Assembly (NCBI GenBank): GCA_903893485.1
Contig: CAITMK010000004.1
Location: 431-64,430 of the forward strand
DNA from: Candidatus Magasanikiibacteriota bacterium
Lineage (GTDB): Bacteria; Patescibacteriota; Patescibacteriia; Magasanikbacterales; 2-02-FULL-50-9b
Direction of reading: 5' to 3'
Length of the DNA: 64,000 nucleotides
Part shown: piece by piece, positions 41,846 to 50,971 of the stretch
How the letters are laid out: each line of letters begins with the position of its first letter
How positions within the stretch are numbered: the stretch's first letter is position 1
Notes under the pieces: generated by a model
What the model saw: only the letters and a program-made list of their open reading frames with translations
Told to the model about the DNA's origin: nothing
The model's database searches: none
Translations under genes and position numbers: made by a program

Positions 41846-41873
41846 AAAAAACAGGGCTCTCGCCCTGATTTTT
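41846..41873. terminator. Terminator downstream of RT remnant
   Basis: AAAAAACAGGGC-TCTC-GCCCTGATTTTT. Confidence 0.7.
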
Positions 41874-41952
41874 GGTGGCACACCGTAGTGGAGGAAGTCA
41901 GGAAAAATTGCGTGAATGAAATGTATACGCACACAGAGGTAAAAATGCTTAA

Positions 41953-42543
41953 TTAATTTTTATCCGAAAGCAGCCAATCCAAATTCATTAGTTCCCTCTG
42001 AACTTTCAAAGTGTTCCCATGTCGCAACAATCCTCGATATGACTGTATTCGACCCTCAACACCCTGAACCAGTATCCGCCGAAACATTCGCTGTTTTGAC
42101 GCTCTACGCAATATGCGATGTTTTGGAAAATTAACCCATCCTAAAAAATCAACGCCCAAAACGATTGATTGAAGATAAATTTTATCTGGGTGAATTACCA
42201 GCCCAAGCTCCGACTGCAAAAAATTATCCATCAACCGAAGTTGTCCCTCTAGCCATGCACGGTCATGTGACATCACAACGAAATCATCGGCGTATCGAAT
42301 ATAAAACCGCGCCTTCAGTTTATGCTTCACAAACTGATCGAACACATTCATATACACGTTGGTGAATAGCTGTGATGTTAAGTTACCAAGTGGTAAACCT
42401 ACACCCGCAGATGTCTCAAAACTTTTTATAATATGTTCCAGCAGATCCATGATCCGTTCATCAGGAATATAGCACCTTAAAATCTTAATGAGCCGTGCGT
42501 GATCGATGTTTGCGAAAAACTTCCGAATATCACATTTCAAAAC
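41953..42543 (-). pseudogene. DGR-type reverse transcriptase, N-terminally truncated
   Basis: VLKCDIRKFFANIDH, GLPLGNLTSQ (DGR GxxxSQ), YIRYADDF, GVDFLGW, SYRGLLRHGN; the frame upstream of 42543 is out-of-frame target gene, so the RT N-terminal subdomains are absent. Confidence 0.88.
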
Positions 42544-43177
42544 CGGGCTGTTTCCATAAAGAGTTGCGAACGGCGAGAAACCGATAGTTGCCGTTCCAGC
42601 TGTTGCTCCACCAGAACAGGTCCAGCTTCCGCTCGTCACCGTTCCGGTAGAGGTACGGGGCACGGCGGTCGTCACCGTGACCCCAGATCGAACCCAAGCC
42701 CATGATCGCGTACTTGCGCTGTTCGTCGGGATTTTTCACGGCGTAGGCCAGGAGTTCGCGCAACGTCGCAGGACGGAAGCCATCTTTGTCCATCGCCGAA
42801 ACGACGTCCTTGGACGACATGTCCTTGCCGAAGTGGTAGAGCTTGACCTGGAGGTTCTGCTCGCCCGTCTCATGCGCCTGGTTCGGGAAGTTCTTCTCGA
42901 CGATGTCGTCGTACTTCCAGTCGAACGCGGCGGCCGTGATGGCGTCGATCAGCTTGAGCGCGTAATCGACCGAAAGCACTTCGCAGCCGTCGGGAATGGT
43001 GATCCCGCGCTCAGCCATGATCTGCTTGGCGATCTCAGTGGCCAGCTTCTTGTCCTTGAGGATGCGCAGGATGTCTTCATCGTTGCCGCCCATGTCGAGC
43101 ACGGCGTTGACGAGCACCTTCACGACCTCGAACATTTTGCCAAAGTTCTTGAGCAATTCACTTACAGGACGAGCCAT
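42530..43177 (-). CDS. DGR target protein with C-terminal variable region (CLec-like)
   Basis: RPATLRELL, C-terminal PYLYRNGDERKLDLFWWSNSWNGNYRFLAVR with many NNC codons; abuts DGR RT; GAGAGG SD. Confidence 0.8.
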   Translation of the reverse strand: MARPVSELLKNFGKMFEVVKVLVNAVLDMGGNDEDILRILKDKKLATEIAKQIMAERGITIPDGCEVLSVDYALKLIDAITAAAFDWKYDDIVEKNFPNQAHETGEQNLQVKLYHFGKDMSSKDVVSAMDKDGFRPATLRELLAYAVKNPDEQRKYAIMGLGSIWGHGDDRRAPYLYRNGDERKLDLFWWSNSWNGNYRFLAVRNSLWKQPGFEM

Positions 43178-43341
43178 TTTGAGCCTCTCACTTCTGTGTG
43201 GCCTACCGCTTATCCCGAGTCACCCGACCCAAGACCTACGGCTTACCAACTGCCAACCGATTTGGCTGCAGTAATTAAATTTGCTCTGTTGAGAGAAAAC
43301 CTAGTTATTGCGGCTAAATTAGGTACTGTTATTGACTATCA

Positions 43342-43370
43342 TTTATAGCACGATTTGGTGATTTTGTCAA
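43342..43370 (-). promoter_or_regulatory. Promoter of DGR target gene
   Basis: TTGACA-17-TATAAA with TG extended -10; ~160 nt leader. Confidence 0.65.
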
Positions 43371-43439
43371 GGTGATGGCTCAAAATTTGGCTAATTAGTG
43401 AGTGAAAATCAAAAACCCCACTTTCGTGGGGGTCTCGAG

Positions 43440-43510
43440 CACGGGATGAGGGAATCGAACCCCCGCCAAAGGTTTTGGAGACCTTCGTTCTACCATTAAA
43501 CTAATCCCGC
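43440..43510 (-). tRNA. tRNA-Trp (CCA)
   Basis: GCGGGATTAGTTTAATGGTAGAA..AAGGT CT CCA AA ACCTT..GGTTCGATTCC; CCA end not encoded. Confidence 0.95.
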
Positions 43511-43515
43511 ATACT

Positions 43516-44289
43516 TTATTTTCCTGACTTTGCTTGCAACATCGCAACGCGAAGTGTCACACTACTGTACACGATGAGCGCAATTGTTTCAATAAGATCT
43601 GCACCACCATATCCACCAACAGACAAAATGGTCCAAAGAAGCAATGGCCCCGTCATTGCTGCCATGTTGAGCCGAAATGCCTGGGCAAATCGAATCGGTT
43701 GTGCCTTTGCCATTTTATGTGCAAACACCACAAGCAAACTCCACAGCATCACTACCACCAAAGACAATGCCAGCTTCCATGCGCACATAACCACAAATAG
43801 TACCACGGTAATACCCGCTGCCAATTTCCCCTGGTATGAGCCCCACACAGCTTTAACACCGCTGCCAGTGAGTGCAAAATCTTGGTTACCGCCCCACAGC
43901 ATTTGCTGTGAATTTTGCGGAGTCACCAGCTGAATCGCGGTGCGTGAAACAGAAATACCTTGCGTCACTGCACCCAACGTGCTCGTACTGGTATCAATTT
44001 TTAACGCGAAATCCTTATCTTGAAACGCAAATGGCTGTGCAATTCCCGCAATGGTCAAATCATCGCCTTTTTTGGTTGCACTAATACCATCGGGAATTTT
44101 GTGCACGTAATATCCAACTTGGTTAAGGCCACCAGCAATTGCCGGCGCCATGGTTGCCACCACGATTGCGACCGCCAAAATATGCGTCTGAAACCAAAAA
44201 GACCATGGAGTCTTGTACTCCGGTCTCAGTAGTAGCGCAAGGGATTCAACGTCACTCGCCCATTTCCACAGCCGACGAAAGAACTCCAT
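43516..44289 (-). CDS. Membrane protein (DUF1189-like)
   Basis: N-terminal TM, soluble loop, three C-terminal TMs. Confidence 0.7.
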   Translation of the reverse strand: MEFFRRLWKWASDVESLALLLRPEYKTPWSFWFQTHILAVAIVVATMAPAIAGGLNQVGYYVHKIPDGISATKKGDDLTIAGIAQPFAFQDKDFALKIDTSTSTLGAVTQGISVSRTAIQLVTPQNSQQMLWGGNQDFALTGSGVKAVWGSYQGKLAAGITVVLFVVMCAWKLALSLVVVMLWSLLVVFAHKMAKAQPIRFAQAFRLNMAAMTGPLLLWTILSVGGYGGADLIETIALIVYSSVTLRVAMLQAKSGK

Positions 44290-44297
44290 ACCAAAAA

Positions 44298-44453
44298 TTA
44301 TTTGGTTTCTTTGTGGAGCGTGTGCTTGAGGCAGTGTTCGCAATGCTTCTTAAGCTCAAGACGGTTCTTGATCTTCTTTTTATTTTTATGAGTGTAATGC
44401 GTAACTCGCTTGCATTCGGTGCACTCGAGCTTGATGAGATTGTCTTGTGACAT
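44298..44453 (-). CDS. rpmG: 50S ribosomal protein L33
   Basis: [42 protein letters not shown]. Confidence 0.97.
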   Translation of the reverse strand: MSQDNLIKLECTECKRVTHYTHKNKKKIKNRLELKKHCEHCLKHTLHKETK

Positions 44454-44485
44454 ACAATAAATTATTATCCGAACAATTTTCCGAA

Positions 44486-44558
44486 AGCCAGCAGAGGGAT
44501 TCGAACCCACGACCTTCGCTTTACAAAAGCGCTGCTCTACCAACTGAGCTATGCTGGC
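44486..44558 (-). tRNA. tRNA-Thr (TGT)
   Basis: GCCAGCATAGCTCAGTTGGTAGAGC..TTTGTAA..GGTTCGAATCC. Confidence 0.95.
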
Positions 44559-44559
44559 C

Positions 44560-44645
44560 TGGTGGGTGGAGAAGGATTCGAACCTTCGAAGGCGAAAGCC
44601 AACAGATTTACAGTCTGCCGTGTTTGACCGCTTCACTATCCACCC
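44560..44645 (-). tRNA. tRNA-Tyr (GTA)
   Basis: GCAGA CTGTAAA TCTGT anticodon arm, long variable arm, encoded CCA. Confidence 0.95.
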
Positions 44646-44774
44646 GATGAATAGAACGGATATATACTATCAATTTCACGCAAATAAATCAAGAGCTGGG
44701 GAAAAAACCGCGGATTTTGATTATTTCCCTTATTTTTGAGGTTTTTGGCTTTGCTGCGCGCCAAGGTGAAAATA

Positions 44775-44804
44775 AAAAAACTGCAACAGAATTGCAGTTT
44801 TTTT
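44775..44804 (-). terminator. Terminator after tRNA-Thr(GGT)
   Basis: AAAAAAACTGCAA-CAGAA-TTGCAGTTTTTTT. Confidence 0.75.
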
Positions 44805-44807
44805 AAC

Positions 44808-44883
44808 TGGAGCCGTTAATCGGGATTGAACCGATGACCTCGTCCTTACCAAGGACGTGCTCTACCAACTGAGCTACAACGGC
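44808..44883 (-). tRNA. tRNA-Thr (GGT)
   Basis: GCCGTTGTAGCTCAGTTGGTAGAGC..CGTCC TTGGTAA GGACG..encoded CCA. Confidence 0.95.
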
Positions 44884-44992
44884 GTAGTGAGAAAGAAATT
44901 TGAGCGCTCGCGCTCGAAATTTCTTTCGAACGGAGCCGCCAAGCCCGAGCGCCAAAGGCGCGAAGGAGCTGGAACGGCGAATGACGCTTAAT

Positions 44993-45892
44993 TTAAAGAT
45001 TCCGAATCCTTTCGACCCACTCCCCTAACTTCTGATTTTCGGGGTTTACTGTCTGAAGATCGGCAAGGGCTTGCGAAGCAAGACTCTTGTCGCCTGATAT
45101 TATACTGATTTCTATGAGATGGTCAAGTATCTTTGGATTATGAGGTTCTTTTTCAGCTGCTTTTTGATATGCAGACTTTGCTTTTTCAACATTTCCAAGG
45201 GTTTCGTAACATTCACCAAGATCAACCCAGCGTTTAGCCAAGGAGTCGTCCAGCGCCGCCGCACGGCCGAATGCTGCCGTTGCCTCGGCCCACTTCCCTG
45301 ACGCCTTCAGAGTGCGCCCTAGGAAGCCCCAGGCGCGTTCGTGACCCGTGTCTAAGGTTTCGACTACATGACGCAATGCCTCTTCCGCCTCCTGCCATTT
45401 TTCGGCTCGGAAGTACGATTTGCCAAGGCCAAGATATGCGTTTACATTACGCGGATCAAGCGTAATGATTTCGATATATTTTTTTTCAGCTTCGTCAAAA
45501 TTTTCTGCGCGACGTGCCTGGTCAGCGGTATCCAAAAGCGCAAGCAAATGCGCGCGACGTTCTCCCCGGCTTCGCCCGCGCCATTCATTCCATTTTTCTT
45601 TCCACTGCATGGTACGGTGTTGGTCTGCAATATGATTTGCTAAATCACGAAACCCTTTTTGCACCGCAACCCAGCCGGTATATACCGGACCCATTTTTTG
45701 AAGTGTGGTAAGCGTGGTGCGCTGAATATTACGAACCAAACGCGCGGCAACCAATTCCGTTTTCATTTGTTTTTCTTGCGCGCGAGGAATACTTGAAACA
45801 TCAAGCGCCACAAGCGCCGCACGATGCCGCGCAATAATAGCACTCAGTACCACGAGCGCCACGATAAGCATGATGATCCAAAATACTAACAT
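44993..45892 (-). CDS. Membrane-anchored TPR protein
   Basis: N-terminal TM; TPR repeats (LDPRNVNAYLGLG, DLGECY). Confidence 0.85.
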   Translation of the reverse strand: MLVFWIIMLIVALVVLSAIIARHRAALVALDVSSIPRAQEKQMKTELVAARLVRNIQRTTLTTLQKMGPVYTGWVAVQKGFRDLANHIADQHRTMQWKEKWNEWRGRSRGERRAHLLALLDTADQARRAENFDEAEKKYIEIITLDPRNVNAYLGLGKSYFRAEKWQEAEEALRHVVETLDTGHERAWGFLGRTLKASGKWAEATAAFGRAAALDDSLAKRWVDLGECYETLGNVEKAKSAYQKAAEKEPHNPKILDHLIEISIISGDKSLASQALADLQTVNPENQKLGEWVERIRNL

Positions 45893-45893
45893 A

Positions 45894-46622
45894 TTATTTT
45901 GCGTTTTTTATGCATGCCGCAAGCGATGCAAATTTGGCAGACGCGCCACCAATTAATACGCCATCAATATTTTTTTCTGCGAGTAGCGCCGCGATATTTT
46001 CTGGCGATACAGAGCCGCCATAACAAACACGCACTGGCGCATTTGCCAAATCTTTTATGTACGCATGAATTTGCGCTGCATCTTCTGGTGCAACGGCGGT
46101 GCCCATGCCAATTGCCCAACGTGGTTCGTAAGCAAAAATTAACTCAGAAGGATCTTTAACCGCGCTCAGTGCGGCGCGGACCTGCGCACCAACCACCACG
46201 CGTGTTTTTTTAGCCGCACGCTCTGCCGCGGTTTCACCAACGCACACGATTGGTGTTACTTTTGCGGCGCGCGCTGCTTTTATTTTTTCTGCAATCAATG
46301 CGTCGGTTTCAAAATATTCCGCGCGACGTTCGCTGTGACCTAGAATTACGTGCGTTGCACCAAGGATACGTAAATCAGTTGGTGATACCGCGCCGGTGTG
46401 CGCCCCAACAAGTGTCGCGCCGCAATCTTGCGCGGCAATTTTAATTTTTGTTTTCGCGGCATCGAGCACGGGCAGCGCAACAAAACTTGGTGCAATAATC
46501 AAATCAACGCCGTTCATTTTGCTATCGCGATCGAGCTGCAAAAGCTGCGCAAATAATTTTGCAGATTCTTTGATGCTTAAATATTGTTTCCAGTTTGCAA
46601 TGATGAATGGTTTCATAGCCAA
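45894..46622 (-). CDS. tpiA: Triosephosphate isomerase
   Basis: ANWK, GHSERR, AYEPRWAIG, YGGSV, DGVLIGGAS. Confidence 0.96.
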   Translation of the reverse strand: MAMKPFIIANWKQYLSIKESAKLFAQLLQLDRDSKMNGVDLIIAPSFVALPVLDAAKTKIKIAAQDCGATLVGAHTGAVSPTDLRILGATHVILGHSERRAEYFETDALIAEKIKAARAAKVTPIVCVGETAAERAAKKTRVVVGAQVRAALSAVKDPSELIFAYEPRWAIGMGTAVAPEDAAQIHAYIKDLANAPVRVCYGGSVSPENIAALLAEKNIDGVLIGGASAKFASLAACIKNAK

Positions 46623-47911
46623 GGAAGATCTGCGATTTTAAGAAATTCATCCGCGGATTTAAACGGACCGATCACGCCCATCTTTGCATGGTTGAATTTG
46701 AAAATTTCTTTCGCCGCCGCATGCACATCTTTTGGTGTCAGTTTCATGATGCGCGTAAACTTTTCTTCTGGCGTTTCCATTTTTTTCATAAGCAATTTTT
46801 GCTGACCAAAAAAATCTGCAACGCGCGCTGAATCTTCGAATTGCAACGTCATCTTCCCGGCCAAATGATCTTTTGCCATCTGCACTTCTGCATCAGTCAC
46901 ACCATGTTCAACCACGTTTTTCAATTCATCGTAAATCACTTGCATCGCTTCTTTGACGCGTGATTTGTCGAGGCCTGACGTAATGGTAAATGCGCCCGCA
47001 TCACCATAATTGGTGAGGCCGGTGCGAATTAAATAGCAAAGTCCTTTGCGTTCGCGAACACCGATAAATAAGCGCGAGCTCATGGTGCCGCCCAAAATTA
47101 CGTGGAGCAAAAGTAATGCGGCGTTACGTGGATCATCATAATTAAATGCGGGAAATCCAAGCACCGCATGAATTTGATCGGTTTGTTTGAACATGACTTT
47201 AACCGGTGCCTTTTCTGCTTTGCGCGCTGCGTTCCAAGAAAATTCTTTGTACGAACTGCGCGTAGCGCCATGTTTTTTTTCTTTGCCAAAATATTTTTTT
47301 ATTTGGTCGCGCGTTTGTTTGTTGATTTTGCCAGCTAACACCAACACCAAATGTTCTGGTGCGTAAAATTTATTTTTAAATGCAATTAAATTTTTTAAAT
47401 TCATTGCTTTAATATTTTCGGTTGGGCCACCAATGCGAAGCCCGAGGGTATTCCCTGCAAAAATATGTTCCTCGAAAACTTCTTCAACTTTCATGGTTGG
47501 ATTGTCTTCGTACATATTTAATTCTTCAACAATCACACCACGTTCACGTTCAAATTCGCCGGCGTCAAACTTGCTGTTGTAAATCATGTCGGACAATAAA
47601 TCGAGTGCAAGTTCAGTGTGACGCGCGTCAATTTTAATGTAGTACGCGGTGTGATCTTTGCTGGTGTACGCATTGTAATCTGCACCAACCGCGTCGAGCT
47701 GTTTGGACAAAAATTCAGTGGTTGGGCGCTTTTCAGTGCCTTTGAACATCATGTGTTCAATAAAATGTGATCCGCCCCAGAGCGCCTTTGGCTCATAGCG
47801 ACTGCCAACGCCAAAATACGCAAGTGCAGTGACCGCCGCGGTATCTTTGCTTGGCGCAATTACAACTCGCGTCCCGTTTGAAAGCGTGAATGATTCGTAA
47901 GATTTACTCAT
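46613..47911 (-). CDS. M16 (pitrilysin family) peptidase
   Basis: HFIEHMMFKGT, NAYTS, SSRLF..VRERKGLCY. Confidence 0.93.
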   Translation of the reverse strand: MSKSYESFTLSNGTRVVIAPSKDTAAVTALAYFGVGSRYEPKALWGGSHFIEHMMFKGTEKRPTTEFLSKQLDAVGADYNAYTSKDHTAYYIKIDARHTELALDLLSDMIYNSKFDAGEFERERGVIVEELNMYEDNPTMKVEEVFEEHIFAGNTLGLRIGGPTENIKAMNLKNLIAFKNKFYAPEHLVLVLAGKINKQTRDQIKKYFGKEKKHGATRSSYKEFSWNAARKAEKAPVKVMFKQTDQIHAVLGFPAFNYDDPRNAALLLLHVILGGTMSSRLFIGVRERKGLCYLIRTGLTNYGDAGAFTITSGLDKSRVKEAMQVIYDELKNVVEHGVTDAEVQMAKDHLAGKMTLQFEDSARVADFFGQQKLLMKKMETPEEKFTRIMKLTPKDVHAAAKEIFKFNHAKMGVIGPFKSADEFLKIADLPWL

Positions 47912-49272
47912 AGGCGTGAAGAAATATAATGGGCGACATCGGGAATTGCGACGCGTACTTGTTCCATGGTGTCACGGTCGCGAATCGTTACCGCACCATC
48001 GGTGATGGTGTCAAAATCGTACGTCACGCAAAACGGCGTGCCAATCTCATCTTGGCGACGATAGCGTTTGCCGATGGATTGTGTTTCATCATAATCAACC
48101 GCCAAATCTGCTTCACGAAGTTGTTGCGCGAGCATGCGTGCGGGCACCGACAACTCTTCTTTTTTAGAAAGTGGGAGCACTGCAACTTTCACTGGCGCCA
48201 TCCAATATGGAAAACGCATTACAATGCGAAGTTCGTTGTCCGCAATATCTTCGTGGTAAGCTTCGAGCATTGCAACGAGCAATGTGCGATCAACACCAAA
48301 CGACGGTTCGATTACGTGCGGTACAATTTTTTCTTTTTGGTCATCAGGATTGGTGAATTTTAAATCCTGGCCACTGTGTTGTTCGTGTTTGCTCAAATCG
48401 TAATCCGTGCGATACGCCAAACCGTATAATTCTTTTTGACCAAACGGATAATCGTATTCAACATCAACCGTGCGCTTGGAATAAAACGCACGATCTTCTT
48501 CTGAAATATCAACAAAATGCAAACGCTCTGGTGCCACACCAATTTTGGTGAGCCACTTTTTCATTGCATCAAGCCAATGTTCAAACTGCTCTGCACTTTC
48601 TTCTTCGCGAATAAAATATTCGATTTCCATTTGTTCAAATTCGCGCTGGCGAAAAATAAAATTGCCCGGCGTAATTTCGTTGCGAAACGCTTTCCCGATT
48701 TGTGCAATACCAAATGGCAAACGGCGACGTGTGGTTTCCAAGACATTTTTAAAATCAACAAACATTGCCTGCGCGGTTTCCGGGCGCATGTACACCACTG
48801 ATGTCTCATCTTGCACGGGGCCCAGATGTGTTTGCAGCATCATGTTGAATTGACGTGGCACACCAAAATCTTTTTTGCCACAGACCGGACATTTTGCGCC
48901 AGAAATATTCCATCCGCCTTCGGCGCCGGCATCCATTACTGCGCCTTCTAAATTATCGACGCGAAGTCGTGCGTGACACGCTTTACATTCCACCATTGGA
49001 TCAGAAAAAGTTGCCACATGCCCCGTTGCAACCCATACTTTTGGATTCATGAGCAGCGCGGCGTCGATACCCACCATGTCGCCACGGCGTTGCACAAACA
49101 TTTTCCACCACATTTGCTTAATGTTGTTTTTTAATTCAACGCCAAGTGGACCGTAGTCCCAAGAATTTGCGAGGCCGCCGTAAATTTCACTGCCTGGATA
49201 AATAAATCCGCGTCGCTTACAGAGCGATACTAATTTCTCCATGAGTTCTGGGCCTCGCAAATTTTCTGCCAT
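47908..49272 (-). CDS. glyQS: Glycine-tRNA ligase, alpha2 type
   Basis: DYGPLG, RPETAQ, FRNEITP, FRQREFEQME, IEPSFGVDR, IGKRYRRQDEIG. Confidence 0.96.
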   Translation of the reverse strand: MAENLRGPELMEKLVSLCKRRGFIYPGSEIYGGLANSWDYGPLGVELKNNIKQMWWKMFVQRRGDMVGIDAALLMNPKVWVATGHVATFSDPMVECKACHARLRVDNLEGAVMDAGAEGGWNISGAKCPVCGKKDFGVPRQFNMMLQTHLGPVQDETSVVYMRPETAQAMFVDFKNVLETTRRRLPFGIAQIGKAFRNEITPGNFIFRQREFEQMEIEYFIREEESAEQFEHWLDAMKKWLTKIGVAPERLHFVDISEEDRAFYSKRTVDVEYDYPFGQKELYGLAYRTDYDLSKHEQHSGQDLKFTNPDDQKEKIVPHVIEPSFGVDRTLLVAMLEAYHEDIADNELRIVMRFPYWMAPVKVAVLPLSKKEELSVPARMLAQQLREADLAVDYDETQSIGKRYRRQDEIGTPFCVTYDFDTITDGAVTIRDRDTMEQVRVAIPDVAHYISSRL

Positions 49273-49282
49273 ACATCCAAAA

Positions 49283-49831
49283 TTAGATAGTCATGATTTC
49301 TTTTGATTTGTCTTCGGCGATTGATTTTAATTTTTCATTAAATTCCTTAACTGCAGCGTCGAGTTGATCGCAAAACATGTAGCGATTATCTTCGGGAAGT
49401 TCGCCCGATTCTTCTGCGGCAATAATTGAAGTACGAATTTCATCGCGAACTTTGCGAACACGAATGCGCGCTTCTTCTTCTTTTTGACCAACAATTTTCA
49501 CCAGCGCTTTGCGATTATCTTCGGTCATTGGTGGCATGTTAATACGAATTGCCTTGCCATCGTTCACTGGATTGATACCTAAGTTTGCATTACGAATTCC
49601 CTCTTCGATTGCTTTCATGAGTGATTTGTCCCATGGTTCAATTGCCAATGATTTTGCGTCGGTAACACTAATTGAAGCAACGCCTTTGATTGCCATTGGC
49701 GCGCCGTATGCGTCGATGATGATATTTTCAACCAAAGCTGGTGATGCGCGGCCCGTGCGAAGTTGTGATAATTCTGCGTTCAAAAATTCAACAACGTCTT
49801 GAAGTCCTTCCTTTGCGGTTTCGATGTACAT
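49283..49831 (-). CDS. frr: Ribosome recycling factor
   Basis: LRTGRASP, IEPWDK, NLGINPVNDG, PPMTEDNR. Confidence 0.96.
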   Translation of the reverse strand: MYIETAKEGLQDVVEFLNAELSQLRTGRASPALVENIIIDAYGAPMAIKGVASISVTDAKSLAIEPWDKSLMKAIEEGIRNANLGINPVNDGKAIRINMPPMTEDNRKALVKIVGQKEEEARIRVRKVRDEIRTSIIAAEESGELPEDNRYMFCDQLDAAVKEFNEKLKSIAEDKSKEIMTI

Positions 49832-49832
49832 A

Positions 49833-50939
49833 TTATTGAGCCGGATTCCACGCAGCGAGCCAAATAAGGTCTGAATCTGCAACGCCAGCGGCGCCTTTCA
49901 AATTCTGAACATTGAGCTGTTTTACCACGCGAGCCGTTGGAATACGCTTGGTTGTCCAGGTGTTTCCCCCGTCAACTGAGCGATAAAATGCCTTTGGCGT
50001 GCCGTAATAAATGTGCGCTGGATTAACCGGATTTATTGCTAATGAGATAATTTGGGTTTCATTTGGGGCGGTCAAAAGCTGATAAGCCTCCCATGAAGCG
50101 CCCCCGTCTTCGGAGTGCAAAATACCATAAGCCGTGCCAATGAGCAAGGCGTCTTCTTTGGTTGGATCAATCGCAATTGCGAATACGTCATCGGCACCAC
50201 GGAACTTTTTAGAATCCTCGGTACGTGCCCAAGTTACACCCGCGTCTGATGTTTTCCATAAACCACCTTGTGCGGTACCCACATAGACCACGCCATCCTT
50301 TGTTGGATGTGGCACAATCGAACGAATACGCTTGCCCGCGAAGCTGGTAAGTTTTACCCACGACTGCCCACCGTTGTCGGTGCGAAACATGTCGCCTGCT
50401 GAATTACCTAAGTAAATTTGCAACCGATTTTTTGGATTAATGGCAATCGCGCCAAATTGTTGCGCTGCAATTTCGCTGGTGCTGAGCATGCCCCATGAGC
50501 GACCACAGTTAATGGTGCGCACCACGTAACTTGCACCAGCTGGATTTGTTGTTGCGGCATACACCACACAACTATTTGCCGGATCAACTGCAATTGCGTT
50601 TACGCGCGAGGTGGTAAGTTGCAATTCTGCAGGGGCATAATTTTTTGCAATCTGCCAACCTTCGCCGCCGTCTGATGAATATAAAATGCCGTTCGCCATG
50701 GTGCCAGCCCACAGAGATTTTGAATCTGATGGATCGATTGCAAAGGTGTTAATGTCGAGCGTTGCAAAAGACATTGGCGCGCCCGTTGAGAACAAGCTGC
50801 TTTTTGCAAGCCATGTGGTGCCTGAATCGCCGGATACAAACATGCCACCATCAGGAAGCACCGGAGCCGTTGAGCAGCCAGCGCCCAAAAGCACCAGCGC
50901 GGCGCCCAAAAGCGCAAAAGAAACGTATTTTTTTTGCAT
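49833..50939 (-). CDS. BNR/Asp-box beta-propeller lipoprotein
   Basis: Lipobox LGAGC; repeated SxDGGxxW boxes. Confidence 0.85.
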   Translation of the reverse strand: MQKKYVSFALLGAALVLLGAGCSTAPVLPDGGMFVSGDSGTTWLAKSSLFSTGAPMSFATLDINTFAIDPSDSKSLWAGTMANGILYSSDGGEGWQIAKNYAPAELQLTTSRVNAIAVDPANSCVVYAATTNPAGASYVVRTINCGRSWGMLSTSEIAAQQFGAIAINPKNRLQIYLGNSAGDMFRTDNGGQSWVKLTSFAGKRIRSIVPHPTKDGVVYVGTAQGGLWKTSDAGVTWARTEDSKKFRGADDVFAIAIDPTKEDALLIGTAYGILHSEDGGASWEAYQLLTAPNETQIISLAINPVNPAHIYYGTPKAFYRSVDGGNTWTTKRIPTARVVKQLNVQNLKGAAGVADSDLIWLAAWNPAQ

Positions 50940-50971
50940 ACAAAATAACTAAAATTAGTGGGGCAAGTATA

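Noticed and set aside
41873-41900. Minus-strand ...GGTGTGCCACCA before a terminator, as a tRNA 3' fragment or att site
   Set aside because: No T-arm and no match to tRNA-Trp or the other tRNAs in the window
42544-42675. N-terminal extension of the 240-aa RT ORF (MTTAVPRTS...)
   Set aside because: It is the alternative frame of the target gene's variable region with no RT similarity; a functional frameshift fusion is unlikely because the RT N-terminal subdomains are missing
42677-43348. 223-aa + strand ORF
   Set aside because: Antisense shadow of the GC3-rich target gene
44454-44636. N-terminal extension of the 112-aa rpmG ORF
   Set aside because: Reads through tRNA-Tyr and tRNA-Thr; true start is 44453
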